Assembly: GCA_965655095.1 (NCBI GenBank)
Contig: OZ296652.1
Location: forward strand, 372,001 to 436,000
Length of the DNA stretch: 64,000 bases
Reading direction: 5' to 3'
From: Haplodiscus bocki
Lineage: Eukaryota
Shown: positions 42,342 to 54,792 of the stretch, one piece after another
Position numbering within the stretch: the first letter of the stretch is position 1
Layout of the letters: each line of letters starts with the position of its first letter
Made by a program: the position numbers and the translations under genes
Notes under the pieces: model-generated
The model's database searches: none
What the model was told of the DNA's origin: nothing
The model's input: only the letters and a program-made list of their open reading frames with translations

Positions 42342-43578
42342 AAAAACCATGTACCAAACAGTAACCCCTCAGAAAAGCCAACACTTGGCTTTTTTATCAA
42401 TGCCAAGAACTTGCATAGGAAATAATCGAGAGTTTCTCTATTTCATTGAAAAGCTTTGTCTGGAAAGAGTAAAGGAAGTTGATTTGCCAGAAGACTTCAG
42501 CACACCAGATGACTCTCACAAGGGTTTTCCAGATTTTCCTATGGCGCCGACTAAGGAACCAATTGATAAATACTGGCTACGGGAGATTCAGACAGATACG
42601 CTGGGAATGACAGCAACAAAGACAACCTGAACAAACAGCAAAAAAAAATTCGTAAACACTTTATCAAAAAAACCAACTACACAAAGCATTACCTGACAGT
42701 GACAAAAACGGTGAATTGGATTCGAAAAGTACCGAAACGCAGAGATTACTGCAATTTGAAAAGTGAAAATGGCTCCGAAAGTATATAGAACTAAACAAAA
42801 AGAAAAGCATCAGCAAAAAATTCGACAACTTCTAAGATTATGATTAATTCAACCTTCGGCAAAAACATGGTAATCAAATGGATGAAATTATCGATTGAGA
42901 TTCTCCGCACGAAAGATCAGTTATTAGCTTAAACAAAGCAAAAGTGGATCGAAACGAGAAAGATTATGACCAATCAAGTGGCCTCAAAAACGTCTGCACT
43001 GCGGAAAATCTATTGGGACACCGAATTTGTTGATGCCACAAACATGGAATATTGTTGGAACTCAATATGTATTGATTGCACTAAAAACATAAAGAACCAA
43101 GCTTCAAAACCATGAATAGGACGGCTTGCAAGAAGGCCTCAAAAAATGATTGAACTTGAACAAAAATTTGATTGTCCAAACTATCATCAACTGTACTCTA
43201 AACACCAAAACTTGGAAACACAAATTCAAAAACGAAATGGGCGGAAAAATCATTCAGAGTATCATTGCTCCAGAGACAAAGTTATATTCTACTTCTACGA
43301 AAGACGAAGCGGAAAATCTCCGCAAAAGGAACCACCAAGTATGCTCGGAGAGTCTACCAACATTCGGTTCTTTTTCCGAATTGTTGCAAAGGCAAAGAAT
43401 TCCCAACATTCGGTTCTTTTGCCGAACTGTTGCAAAGGCAAAGAAATCTTGAGAACCTTCAACAACACAATAAATTCAGTGGAACAATCTAATAGCTTTC
43501 CACACATCCAATAAATCTTTCAATTGTCCAAAGATACACAATGTCCAATGGTGTGCTACAAAGCCTATTGGACATTAT
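42342..43578 (+). pseudogene. pPolB pseudogene fragment, copy 16
   Basis: Tandem copy, slightly more diverged. Confidence 0.86.
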
Positions 43579-45060
43579 TTCTTCCCTGCAAGACAATGTA
43601 ATATTCCAACAAACTATCGCAGACGTTGAATGGAGAGAAGAGGAGGAGGACAACGCTATTCAGAGTAATCAATAGCTTTTGTCAACACATATAATCAAAT
43701 GGTCAAAAACTCTCTGTGTTGACACCCCCGATCATGATTTTCACAAACGGCAAAAACCGAAAACAAATCACGATATTATAGAGCTTCAAGAATGGGACAG
43801 AATCATGCATGTTTTTGAATTAGAAGCCGCTGAAGACCCTCCGAATAATCCACCTTCTTGCAACAATAGTAGATTATATAATAGTTTGTTGGCGTTTTTT
43901 TAATAAGCGTAACTTTACACTGGACTACTACACAAAACTTCAAACATTGCTTTTTTTCAAAAACGTAAAGGTAGAAAGCTTTGTGTTTAGTTTAGTCGGA
44001 AGTTCAATCTAAGAATGTTGTACCGAATGTCTGAGTTTCATACGGCGTGACCGCTGTTTGATAACAGCAAAGTAACTGAACATGAATTTGCAGGAGCAAA
44101 AAAATGGAATTTATTTGAAAGTGCGAAAGTCTGTAGGTATTAATAAACGCACCACCGCACCTGCTACAGATAGGTGAAGCAAGATAACCACTCCTATTAC
44201 TAGCAAAGAATTTGAAAACAGACATGGCCACAGTCTGCTGCTCTCGAACCACAATTTTGCTGCTTCCCGAAACGGAATCTGCTTTTCAGAGATACCCTTT
44301 TCAGAGCAATAAATATGCACTGCGACCAAAAGTTATCGAATCATAAACTATTTTCAATAGTCTTGAGATCGTTTTCCTGGGAATTTTTGTGTAATTTTTC
44401 AGTGTACAGCAAGATTTTCAGTCATACAACCTTTCATTTTATTCGTAGACGAGAAGTTCTCTGATTATTTCGTTGAAATCAGAGCATGAACTTGAAGTTT
44501 TTCTGCTTACTCTCGTGAATGGTACACTCCGTCAATTCTGCTGTTTCTGTCCGCAGCAGATTATGGCGGTGTCTGGTTGGCAAAGTTATGCAAACAATGT
44601 TAATATTATCTGGAAGAGTTAGTTGATCCCCACTACTATAAAATTCAGTCACACTACATCCATTGATCGATTTTTGATCGATTCAGCCAGGAGCTCACTT
44701 GCAATGCTTTGTCAGAAAATTGTACAGCGTACCAGACTGGAGGATAAAATCTCTGGGCTTCTAATCCCAGTGCTGGTCTACAATTCACCATTGTAATGAA
44801 TAGTCCGATCGTACTTTTCAAAAATTTCACGAAACATTCCTTTTCCTTGCTATTTGTTGTTGGTAAAGCGTAAGTTCTGCATAGACACGGTAGCAAACAA
44901 AGTTTTGGCTCATCCTTGTAATTCTCTCAAAAACTATGTGCAAGAACGTGATAAAAATTAACTTGATAAAGATTAATAAAGATGCCATAAGAAAGCTTGC
45001 AGCGAACAAGAAGGATTGACAAAGAATGTGAAAAAGATACCGAAAGAAAGTTTGAGGAGA

Positions 45061-46293
45061 AAAAACCATGTACCAAACAGTAACCCCTCAGAAAAGCAAA
45101 CACTTGGCTTTTTTATCAATGCCAAGAACTTGCATAGGAAATAATCGAGAGTTTCTCTATTTCATTGAAAAGCTTTGTCTGGAAAGATTAAAGGAAGTTG
45201 ATTTGCCAGAAGACTTCAGCACACCAGATGACTCTCACAAGGGTTATCCAGATTTTCCTATGGCGCCGACTAAGGAACCAATTGATAATTACTGGCTACG
45301 GGAGATTCAGACTGATAATCTGGGAATGACAGCAACAAAGACAACTTGAACAAACAGCAAAAAAATTGGTAAACACTTTATCAAAAAAACCAACTACACA
45401 AAGCATTACCTGACAGTGACAAAAACGGTGAATTGGATTCGAAAAGTACCGAAACGCAGAGATTACTGCAATTTGAAAAGTGAAAATGACTCCGAAAGTA
45501 TATAGAACTAAACAAAAAGAAAAGCATCAGCAAAAAATTCGACAACTTCTAAGATTATGATTAACTCAACCTTCGGCAAAAACATGGAAATCAAATGTAT
45601 GAGATTATCGATTGAGATTCTCCGCACGAAAGATCAGTTATTAGCTTAAACAAAGCAAAAGTGGATCGAAACGAGAAAGATTATGACCAATCAAGTGGCC
45701 TCAGAAACGTCTGCACTGCGGAAAATCTATTGGGACACCGAATTTGTTGATGCCACAAACATGGAATATTGTTGGAACTCAATATGTATTGATTGCACTA
45801 AAAACAAAGAACCAAGCTTCAAAACTATGAATAGGACGGCTTGCAAGAAGGCCTCAAAAACATGATACACTTGAACAAAAATTTGATTGTCCAAACTATC
45901 ATCAACTGTACTCTAAACACCAAAACTTGGAAACACAAATTCCAAAACGAAATGGGCGGAAAAATCATTCAGAGTATCATTGCTCCAGAGACAAAGTTAT
46001 ACTCTACTTCTACGAAAGACGAAGCGGAAAATCTCCGCAATAGGAACCACCAAGTATGCTCGGAGAGTCTACCAACATTCGGTTCTTTTTCCGAATTGTT
46101 GCAAAGGCAAAGAATTCCCAACATTCGGTTCTTTTGCCGAACTGTTGCAAAGGCAAAGAAATCTTGAGAACTTTCAACAACACAATAAATTCAGTGGAAC
46201 AATCTAATAGCTTTACACACATCCAATAAATCTTTCAATTGTCCAAAGATACACAATGTCCAATGGTGTGCTACAAAGCCTATTGGACATTAT
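45061..46293 (+). pseudogene. pPolB pseudogene fragment, copy 17
   Basis: Tandem copy; ORF 45683..45865 shows ALRKIYWDTEFVDAT. Confidence 0.86.
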
Positions 46294-47775
46294 TTCTTCC
46301 CTGCAAGACAATGTAATATTCCAACAAACTATCGCAGACGTTGAATGGAGAGAAGAGGAGGAGGACAACGCTATTCAGAGTAATCAATAGCTTTTGTCAA
46401 CACATATAATCAAATGGTCAAAAACTCTCTGTGTTGACACCCCCGATCATGATTTTCACAAACGGCAAAAACCGAAAACAAATCACGATATTATAGAGCT
46501 TCAAGAATGGGACAGAATCATGCATGTTTTTGAATTAGAAGCCGCTGAAGACCCTCCGAATAATCCACCTTCTTGCAACAATAGTAGATTATATAATAGT
46601 TTGTTGGCGTTTTTTTAATAAGCGTAACTTTACACTGGACTACTACACAAAACTTCAAACATTGCTTTTTTTCAAAAACGTAAAGGTAGAAAGCTTTGTG
46701 TTTAGTTTAGTCGGAAGTTCAATCTAAGAATGTTGTACCGAATATCTCAGTTTCATACGGCGTGACCGCTGTTTGATAACAGCAAAGTAACTGAACATGA
46801 AATTGCAGGAGCAAAAAAATGGAATTTATTTGAAAGTGCGAAAGTCTGTAGGTATTAATAAACGCACCACCGCAACTGCTACAGATAGGTGAAGCAAGAT
46901 AACCACTCCTTTTACTAGCAAAGAATTTGAAAACAGACCTGGCCACAGTCTGCTGCCCTCGAACCACAATTTTGCTGCTTCCCGAAACGGAATCTGCTTT
47001 TCAGAGATACCCTTTTCAGAGCAATAAATATGCACTGCGACCAAAAGTTATCGAATCATAAACTATTTTCAATAGTCTTGAGATCGTTTTCCTGGGAATT
47101 TTTGTGTAATTTTTCAGTGTACAGCAAGATTTTCAGTCATACAACCTTTCATTTTATTCGTAGACGAGAAGTTCTCTGATTATTTCGTTGAAATCAGAGC
47201 ATGAACTTGAAGTTTTTCTGCTTACTCTCGTGAATGGTACACTCCGTCAATTCTGCTGTTTCTGTCCGCAGCAGATTATGGCGGTGTCTGGTTGGCAAAG
47301 TTATGCAAACAATGTTAACATTATCTGGAAGAGTTAGTTGATCCCCACTACTATAAAATTCAGTCACACTACATCCATTGATCGATTTTTGATCGATTCA
47401 GCCAGGAGCTCACTTGCAATGCTTTGTCAGAAAATTGTACAGCGTACCAGACTGGAGGATAAAATCTCTGGGCTTCTAATCCCAGTGCTGGTCTACAATT
47501 CACCATTGTAATGAATAGTCCGATCGTACTTTTCAAAAATTTCACGAAACATTCCTTTTCCTTGCTATTTGTTGTTGGTAAAGCGTAAGTTCTGCATAGA
47601 CACGGTAGCAAACAAAGTTTTGGCTCATCCTTGTAATTCTCTCTAAAACTATGTGCAAGAATGTGATAAAAATTAACTTGATAAAGATTAATAGAGATGC
47701 CATAAGAAAGCTTACAGCGAACAAGAAGGATTGACAAAGAATGTGAAAACGATACCGAAAGAAAGTTTGAGGAGA

Positions 47776-49010
47776 AAAAACCATGTACCGAACAGTAACC
47801 CCTCAGAAAAGCAAACACTTGGCTTTTTTATCAATGCCAAGAACTTGCATAGGAAATAATCGAGAGTTTCTCTATTTCATTGAAAAGCTTTGTCTGGAAA
47901 GAGTAAAGGAAGTTGATTTGCCAGAAGACCTCAGCACACCAGATGACTCTCACAAGGGTTTTCCAGATTTTCCTATGGCGCCGACTAAGGAACCAATTGA
48001 TAAATACTGGCTACGGGAGATTCAGACTGATACGCTGGGAATGACAGCAACAAAGACAACTTGAACAAACAGCAAAAAAAATTGGTAAACACTTTATCAA
48101 AAAAACCAACTACACAAAGCATTACCTGACAGTGACAAAAACGGTGAATTGGATTCGAAAAGTACCGAAACGCAGAGATTACTGCAATTTGAAAAGTGAA
48201 AATGACTCCGAAAGTATATAGAACTAAACAAAAAGAAAAGCATCAGCAAAAAATTCGACAACTTCTAAGATTATGATTAACACAACCTTCGGCAAAAACA
48301 TGGAAATCAAATGTATGAGATTATCGATTGAGATTCTCCGCACGAAAGATCAGTTATTAGCTTAAACAAAGCAAAAGTGGATCGAAACGAGAAAGATTAT
48401 GACCAATCAAGTGGCCTCAGAAACGTCTGCACTGCGGAAAATCTATTGGGACACCGAATTTGTTGATGCCACAAACATGGAATGTTGTTGGAACTCAATA
48501 TGTATTGATTGCACTAAAAACATAAAGAACCAAGCTTCAAAACTATGAATAGGACGGCTTGCAAGAAGGCCTCAAAAACATGATACACTTGAACAAAAAT
48601 TTGATTGTCCAAACTATCATCAACTGTACTCTAAACACCAAAACTTGGAAACAAATTCAAAAACGAAATGGGCGGAAAAATCATTCAGAGTATCATTGCT
48701 CCAGAGACAAAGTTATATTCTACTTCTACGAAAGACGAAGCGGAAAATCTCCGCAAAAGGAACCACCAAGTATGCTCGGAGAGTCTACCAACATTCGGTT
48801 CTTTTTCCGAATTGTTGCAAAGGCAAAGAATTCCCAACATTCGGTTCTTTTGCCGAATTGTTGCAAAGGCAAAGAAATCTTGAGAACTTTCAACAACACA
48901 ATAAATTCAGTGGAACAATCTAATAGCTTTGCACACATCCAATACTTCTTTCAATTGTCCAAAGATACACAATGTCCAATGGTGTGCTACAAAAGCCTAT
49001 TGGACATTAT
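47776..49010 (+). pseudogene. pPolB pseudogene fragment, copy 18 (last complete copy)
   Basis: Tandem copy; a TAA>TAC change lengthens one frame to 182 aa (48559..49107). Confidence 0.86.
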
Positions 49011-52000
49011 TGCTTCCCTGCAAGACAATGTAATATTCCAACAAACTATCGCAGACGTTGAATGGAAAGAAGAGGAAGAGGACAACGCTATTCAGAGTAA
49101 TCAATAGCTTCTGTCAACACATATAATCAAAGGGTCAACAACTCTCTGTGTTGACACCCCCGATCATGATTTTCACAAACGGCAAAAGCCGAAAACAAAT
49201 CACGATATTATAGAGCTTCAAGAATGGGACAGAATCAAGCATGTTTTTGAATTAGAAGCCGCTGAAGACCCTCCGAATAATCCACCTTCTTGCAACAATA
49301 GTAGATTATATAAAAGATTGTTGGCGTTTTTTTAATAAGCGTAACTTTACACTGGACTACTACACAAAACTTCAAACATTGCTTTTTTTCAAAAACGTAA
49401 AGGTAGAAAGCTTTGTGTTTAGTTTAGTCGGAAGTTCAATCTAAGAATGTTGTACCGAATATCTCAGTTTCATACGGCGTGACCGCTGTTTGATAACAGC
49501 AAAGTAACTGAACATGAATTTGCAGGAGCAAAAAAATGGAATTGATTTGAAAGTGCGAGAGTCTGTAGGTATTAATAAACGCACCACCGCAGCTGCTACA
49601 GATAGGTGAAGCAAGATAACCACTCCTATTACTAGCAAAGAATTTGAAAACAGACATGGCCACAGTCTGCTGCTCTCGAACCACAATTTTGCTGCTTCCC
49701 GAAACGAAATCTGCTTTTCAGAGATACCCTTTTCAGAGCAATAAATATGCACTGCGACCAAAAATTATCGAATCATAAACTATTTTGAATAGTCTTGAGA
49801 TCGTTTTCCTGGGAATTTTTGTGTAATTTTTCAGTGTACAGCAAGATTTTCAGTCATACAACCTTTCATTTTATTCGTAGACGAGAAGTTCTCTGATTAT
49901 TTCGTTGAAATCAGAGCATGAACTTGAAGTTTTTCTGCTTACTCTCCTGAATGGTACACTCCGTCAATTCTGCTGTTTCTGTCCGCAGCAGATTATGGCG
50001 GTGTCTGGTTGGCAAAGTTATGCAAACAATGTTAACATTATCTGGAAGTGTTAGTTGATCCCCACTACTATAAAATTCAGTCACACTACATCCAAACTTC
50101 AGGGCTAGTTCAGCCTAAATTTCGAGACTTTCGAAGCGATACCAAGAAAACCTACCCTTTCCTTACACGTTAATTTCAAAGTTTGGTTTTTGAAGAGGTT
50201 TTGTGGAAGCGGTCAAAAACGCCTCAGCACGAATTAAACTCGGCAGTGGCAAGGGATTCAGAGACTTTTCTCAATTTGGAGGAGTTCCTAATATCAAATA
50301 TGGAGCAGTCTTCAAAGAGAGGACGGATCGAGCTGCTCCCCTCTACCAGCTGAAAAGCCAATCGTTTTCCTTTCTACTATTTTTCCTCTTGGTTTTGTTT
50401 AAATTTACTTTCCGTCGTAATATATCTCACGAAAGGAAGATCATTCCCTTAGTATGCACTTTTTTCTGCCTGAATTGCTAATTCAATGTGAGTATGTTCA
50501 TTTTTTATTCCCAAAACGTTCCACTGGACACGTAAAATGCAGTTTTGTTAATCCTCCCGCAAAATTTCCGCAAATCCTCGGGATGTTTTCTGCTCAAAGT
50601 CTGGAAAAAGTCAACATTTTCAAAAATCCCACGATGTTCTTGAATATATATGAAATCAGGTTTGACTCTGCTGAATGTTGAAACTCACTTTCCTACAGAG
50701 CAACATGGATCAATTCTTCTATTAGGGTCTCAGTCGACAACCACTCACTTGCAGAGGACTTTCCAGAAAAAAAATCACGGTTTTTCTTTGCCTCCGAACT
50801 CTTACACGCTGATAATGCCGAAAGGTCTATTAAAAACAGATCTCGATTCTAAAACTCTAGATATTTCGAAACTAACAACTTGAATTTCTGCATTATTGGA
50901 TCAACAGAGATCTCTCTACTTGAGGAAGGCTATCCAAATAGTAAAGTTGATTGTTGCTTTCGTTGGAATCCTGATAATGCAAAAAAAGCTATCAATTTAG
51001 AAACACCTCGATGATCAAATTCAAACCTTTCAAGGACTTGATTTTTCCAAACATTGGCTTGATTTTTTCCATCACGGTCTCAACCATCAGCTTTTTAAAT
51101 GTGGACTATGACAAAAAAAATCATTTTTTTCCGGTTCCGTAGGAAACCTGATACTGCCCAAATGCCAACAAGTGCTCATAAAAATGACATGGATCGACAT
51201 TCAATTTCATATTACTTCAACACTACCTGCTTCACTCCTGCAAACGTTTCAATCAACAGATTTTGACTGGACGAGGAGTTTTCAAAAACTTTCCGAGAAA
51301 AACTTGGAAAAGGGGCTAACATTGGACACCTTGAACATAAGTTTTTTACCAGAGGTCATTTTATTGACCATGTAGGATTGCAAATTGCTTGAACTTCGCA
51401 GAGGCTTAAAGAAGAGATTCTGTTCTAGCACATATTCAACTTGAGTTGCGGCCCAACAATCTTTCAATCTTGCATGTTTTTCATTTTGGCACCTAGTTCC
51501 TCAATTCAAATTTGAACATCCACAAAAGGAAAATTCAAAGCTATCAGATATCTAATCTCTGTTGCAGTGACGAAGCTTTTTGATAATTTTTTTGCGAACT
51601 GGTCTTAAAAGTTCAGCTTTTTTCAAAATTTTCCGTCAGTTTTCAAACGCGGTCCCTTGAACTCTCAGCAATTCTGAGAGAAATCCTTAAATTGCCACAG
51701 CATTGGAAAACAGAAATATTATTCTGTTACAATTCCATTGCGGACAGCAAATTTTTCATTGGGATTTTTGCGAAAGAATTTTGATAATCCAGTTTAGTTT
51801 GGTGTTCCGAAGAAACTTGTCAACATGAAGTCTTCAATCTGGGCATCTAGGTCTCGAACATACTCGAACTTTGAACAACTTTAATCACAGACTCCCATTC
51901 ATGAAAGAGTAGCTTTTCCTTTCGCTGTCAATGTTTCTCGTTCGGTTTTTTCCGCGAGAAAATTTTGCAAATCGAGCTTTTTTCAATTACTTTTTGACAA

Positions 52001-52919
52001 ATTGAAGTCCTGTATATCGTGAGTAACTTCAAAAATCCCAAATTTTGAACAGGAATGAAGGAAGACTTCGGTCGACTGCTGCGGAGATACAGATTTTTTC
52101 CCAAGAGCTTTTGTTTGCGAGAAACTTATTAACCGAGCTGTTTTTGGCTCTTTTCGAACTCTTTTATTTTTTAGCAGTGCTTTCTACGGTAAACGTGAAA
52201 ATGGCCCAGATTTTCTACTGGCAAAACTCCTGTCTTTTATCTAGCAAACTCTGGTTCAGGATATTAATTTTCTGCTAAATTTTTTGACAAGAGATCGTGA
52301 CAATCGAACAAATTTTGATAATTTGAACTTTTCAAAGTCACATTTTATTATCTTGGGGCAGTTAGGTCTAAAAACGGCCAAAGTCTTTGAAATATTTAAC
52401 AGGAAGGTTTCATTATTTCAATCATTATTTTTGGTTCGCAATCAAGAAGTATTTCAGAATATCGTTAACGAAACAAACTCCAACATCGAGATTTTTTTCT
52501 ATTTCAATTTTTGTTTAGTCTTTTGTTCTGTATCGGAGAAGCAAGGACTAAAAATGAAGCCATTTAAACATTGCAATAACAAGAACACTCCAAAGTATCA
52601 CACACTAGGCTTTAGTTGCTGTCAGAAAAGTTTTTCGAAAAGTTCTCTCAGAAAAAATCCAAATCCATCTATTATGAATACAGATTAGAAAATATTAAGA
52701 ACAATGTATTTAGCAAAAGCTTTTCGATAATTTCAGATCATCATCAGTGCATCCGTTTAACATATCATATGAATAGTTGCTAACAGCCTATATTCATGTA
52801 AAATCCGTGAGCACTGAGGATTCATTTAGAAGGTGATGGCAACATTTCCCAGTTTTTTGGGAAACTCTTGCCGCGAGCTAAGCACTGAGCTATTAGTGCA
52901 TGTTTTTTCTTTGCTTCCG

Positions 52920-53770
52920 ATCAGTGACAGGCTGAAAATGCCAAAAAATATTACTAATATATACATTTAGGTTTTCGAACTCATTATTCTCCACACTAAC
53001 GAGCTAGAAATCTTTCATCAAGGGCTCACGTGACACCTCGGTACTCGAGAAGCATTCAATAGAAAAATGGCGGAACTTGATCGTAGCGTCACAATCCTGA
53101 CAGTCCAAAAGTGCCAAAAAATGATAATAGTTTTGGCATATCCCTATATTCAAAGTCTCATTTCTCCATAACTATTGGTTTGACGTCTTTCATCAGAGTT
53201 TTAAATGATAGCTTCTTATCTGTAGAAGGGTCTTCGAAGTGAAATTTCCTGCTTTTTGCGCAATCAGCAGAATTTTCATGAAAGGCTGAAAATGCCAAAA
53301 AGTGCAACTGTTATGGTTATTTTGTCGATATTCACACTCATAACTTACTAAAGCTCTTCTGCGATATAACACTTCCTGGGTAAGTGTAATGGGTTTTTAT
53401 CATAATATAATTAGAATAGGAAAGTACAAATTGAAAAATCAAACCACATAATAGAGGCTTGAATTCTTCCATCAAAGTAATAGTAGACATCTTTTTGCCT
53501 TTGCCTGTAGAAGGGTCTTCGAAGTGAAATTCCCTGATTTTTGCGCAATCAACAAAACTTACATGATAGGCCCAAAATGCCGAAAAGCGCAACTGTTTTT
53601 GTTATTTTATCAATATTTGAATAGATAATTTTCAACAGCTCTCCCGCCATATACATAACACTGCTTGCGCAGGAGAAATGAATTTTCATTATGAACTAAT
53701 TATAATAGAAAATTACCATTTAAAGATTCAAACAAGAAAATAGGGGCCTGAATTCTTCCGACAAGGTCTC
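52920..53770 (+). repeat. Diverged ~285-bp tandem dimer with upstream partial copies
   Basis: TGTAGAAGGGTCTTCGAAGTGAAATT at 53221 and 53506; TGAATTCTTCC near 53460 and 53749; related GGCTGAAAATGCCAAAAA at ~52931 and ~53284. Confidence 0.8.
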
Positions 53771-53799
53771 AATCGACAAGTTTCTAATTATTCGAAAAT

Positions 53800-54160
53800 T
53801 TTGTCAAAACCTTCTGTTTTATGTTTCATCAATCATTTCTACACCCTTGGAAGGAAAATACTGCACTGCGACTGCGCCTCTTGTATATTACCAATTCAAA
53901 ATCAACATCAAACCTTATGTGTGATCACAGGATCTTTCGCAGCCTCCAAACCTCCAGGCATCAACGTCCACAAACAGAAAAGTACAGACACAACACCGCC
54001 TGCAATCATCATTTGTCGTCTTCTACCAATTATGTCTGAAAGGTTCATCAACTTCGGAAACACCGAATTTCAGACTCTCTGATTGTTTCTCCCATCTTGT
54101 CGGAGATCAATATGGCACAGATAGTCAAAAGTAATGAAGCCTTTTATGATCATAACGTTT
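53800..54160 (-). pseudogene. Possible relic of an MFS (SLC22-like) transporter
   Basis: The minus strand reads LSDIIGRRRQMMIAGGVVSVLFCLWTL (SDIIGRR at 54039-54019, resembling the MFS motif D-x-x-G-R-R followed by a hydrophobic helix). FITFDYLC lies upstream (cf. SLC22 TEWDLVC). Broken by stops; short evidence only. Confidence 0.3.
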
Positions 54161-54792
54161 TAGGGAGTATGCACACACCGTGGTCTGCCAGCAAAACCAG
54201 TAGGACAATTACACAAAACACGAAAAGGTTAAAAGCTCAAACCCCGGAACAAAGATAGAGGATCGATTTACAGTGCACTTTCCAACAAGACCACTTACAG
54301 GTAATAAAATTCTTCAAAATCATCTCTCGTTTAACGTTGCCAAAACGAAGACTGCTCCAAGCATTGAGTCACTGGTACAGCCACTTAACTGTCGACTACT
54401 GCCTCATTATCACTACAAGGGTGGTAACGTCCATGACACTCGGTAACACAATCCAATTTTTTTTATAGCAACAGGGTTTTTTCGACAAAATTTAGGGTTT
54501 TTGATGACTGGGCTTTTTTTCTCAAAAATTATTCGTTTTGCGACGTAACTCAAACAAATAGCTTCCTTCCAGATAGTTTCTAAAAAATTGAGAAAAACAA
54601 GATGTCCCTTGGAAGTCGAAAAAAGTTAATTCAAAGATCTGTTCAATTTTTTTGAAAATAAAAACAAGTTGACAACTTTTTTTCAGTTATTTAAAGAATC
54701 ATTTTTGATCACTATCCTAGTCTCTCCGGAACCAAAAACAAAATTATTTCGGAAATGGATCTGATGGAACATATCGTTCTGGAATTCTCATA

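Larger units (their letters stand above)
1..50094 (+). repeat. Tandem macrosatellite, ~2.72-2.74 kb unit, ~18.3 copies, open at the left edge
   Basis: The anchor ATGATTTTCACAAAC recurs at 1, 2696, 5437, 8177, 10912, 13655, 16398, 19134, 21875, 24618, 27354, 30095, 32813, 35555, 38299, 41015, 43734, 46449 and 49166 (units 1-19; lengths 2695-2744 bp). The same short ORFs recur with this period. Similarity stops abruptly after CACTACATCCA at 50094. Confidence 0.99.

Noticed and set aside
48559-49107. 182-aa ORF in unit 18 as a restored polymerase
   Set aside because: It arises from a 2-bp deletion and TAA>TAC, switches in and out of the polymerase frame, and contains no catalytic motif.
50095-50120. 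Helitron 3' end or Polinton terminal inverted repeat at the array edge
   Set aside because: Only a 4-5 bp stem, with CTAG inside rather than after it; no long TIR or AG-repeat terminus is visible.
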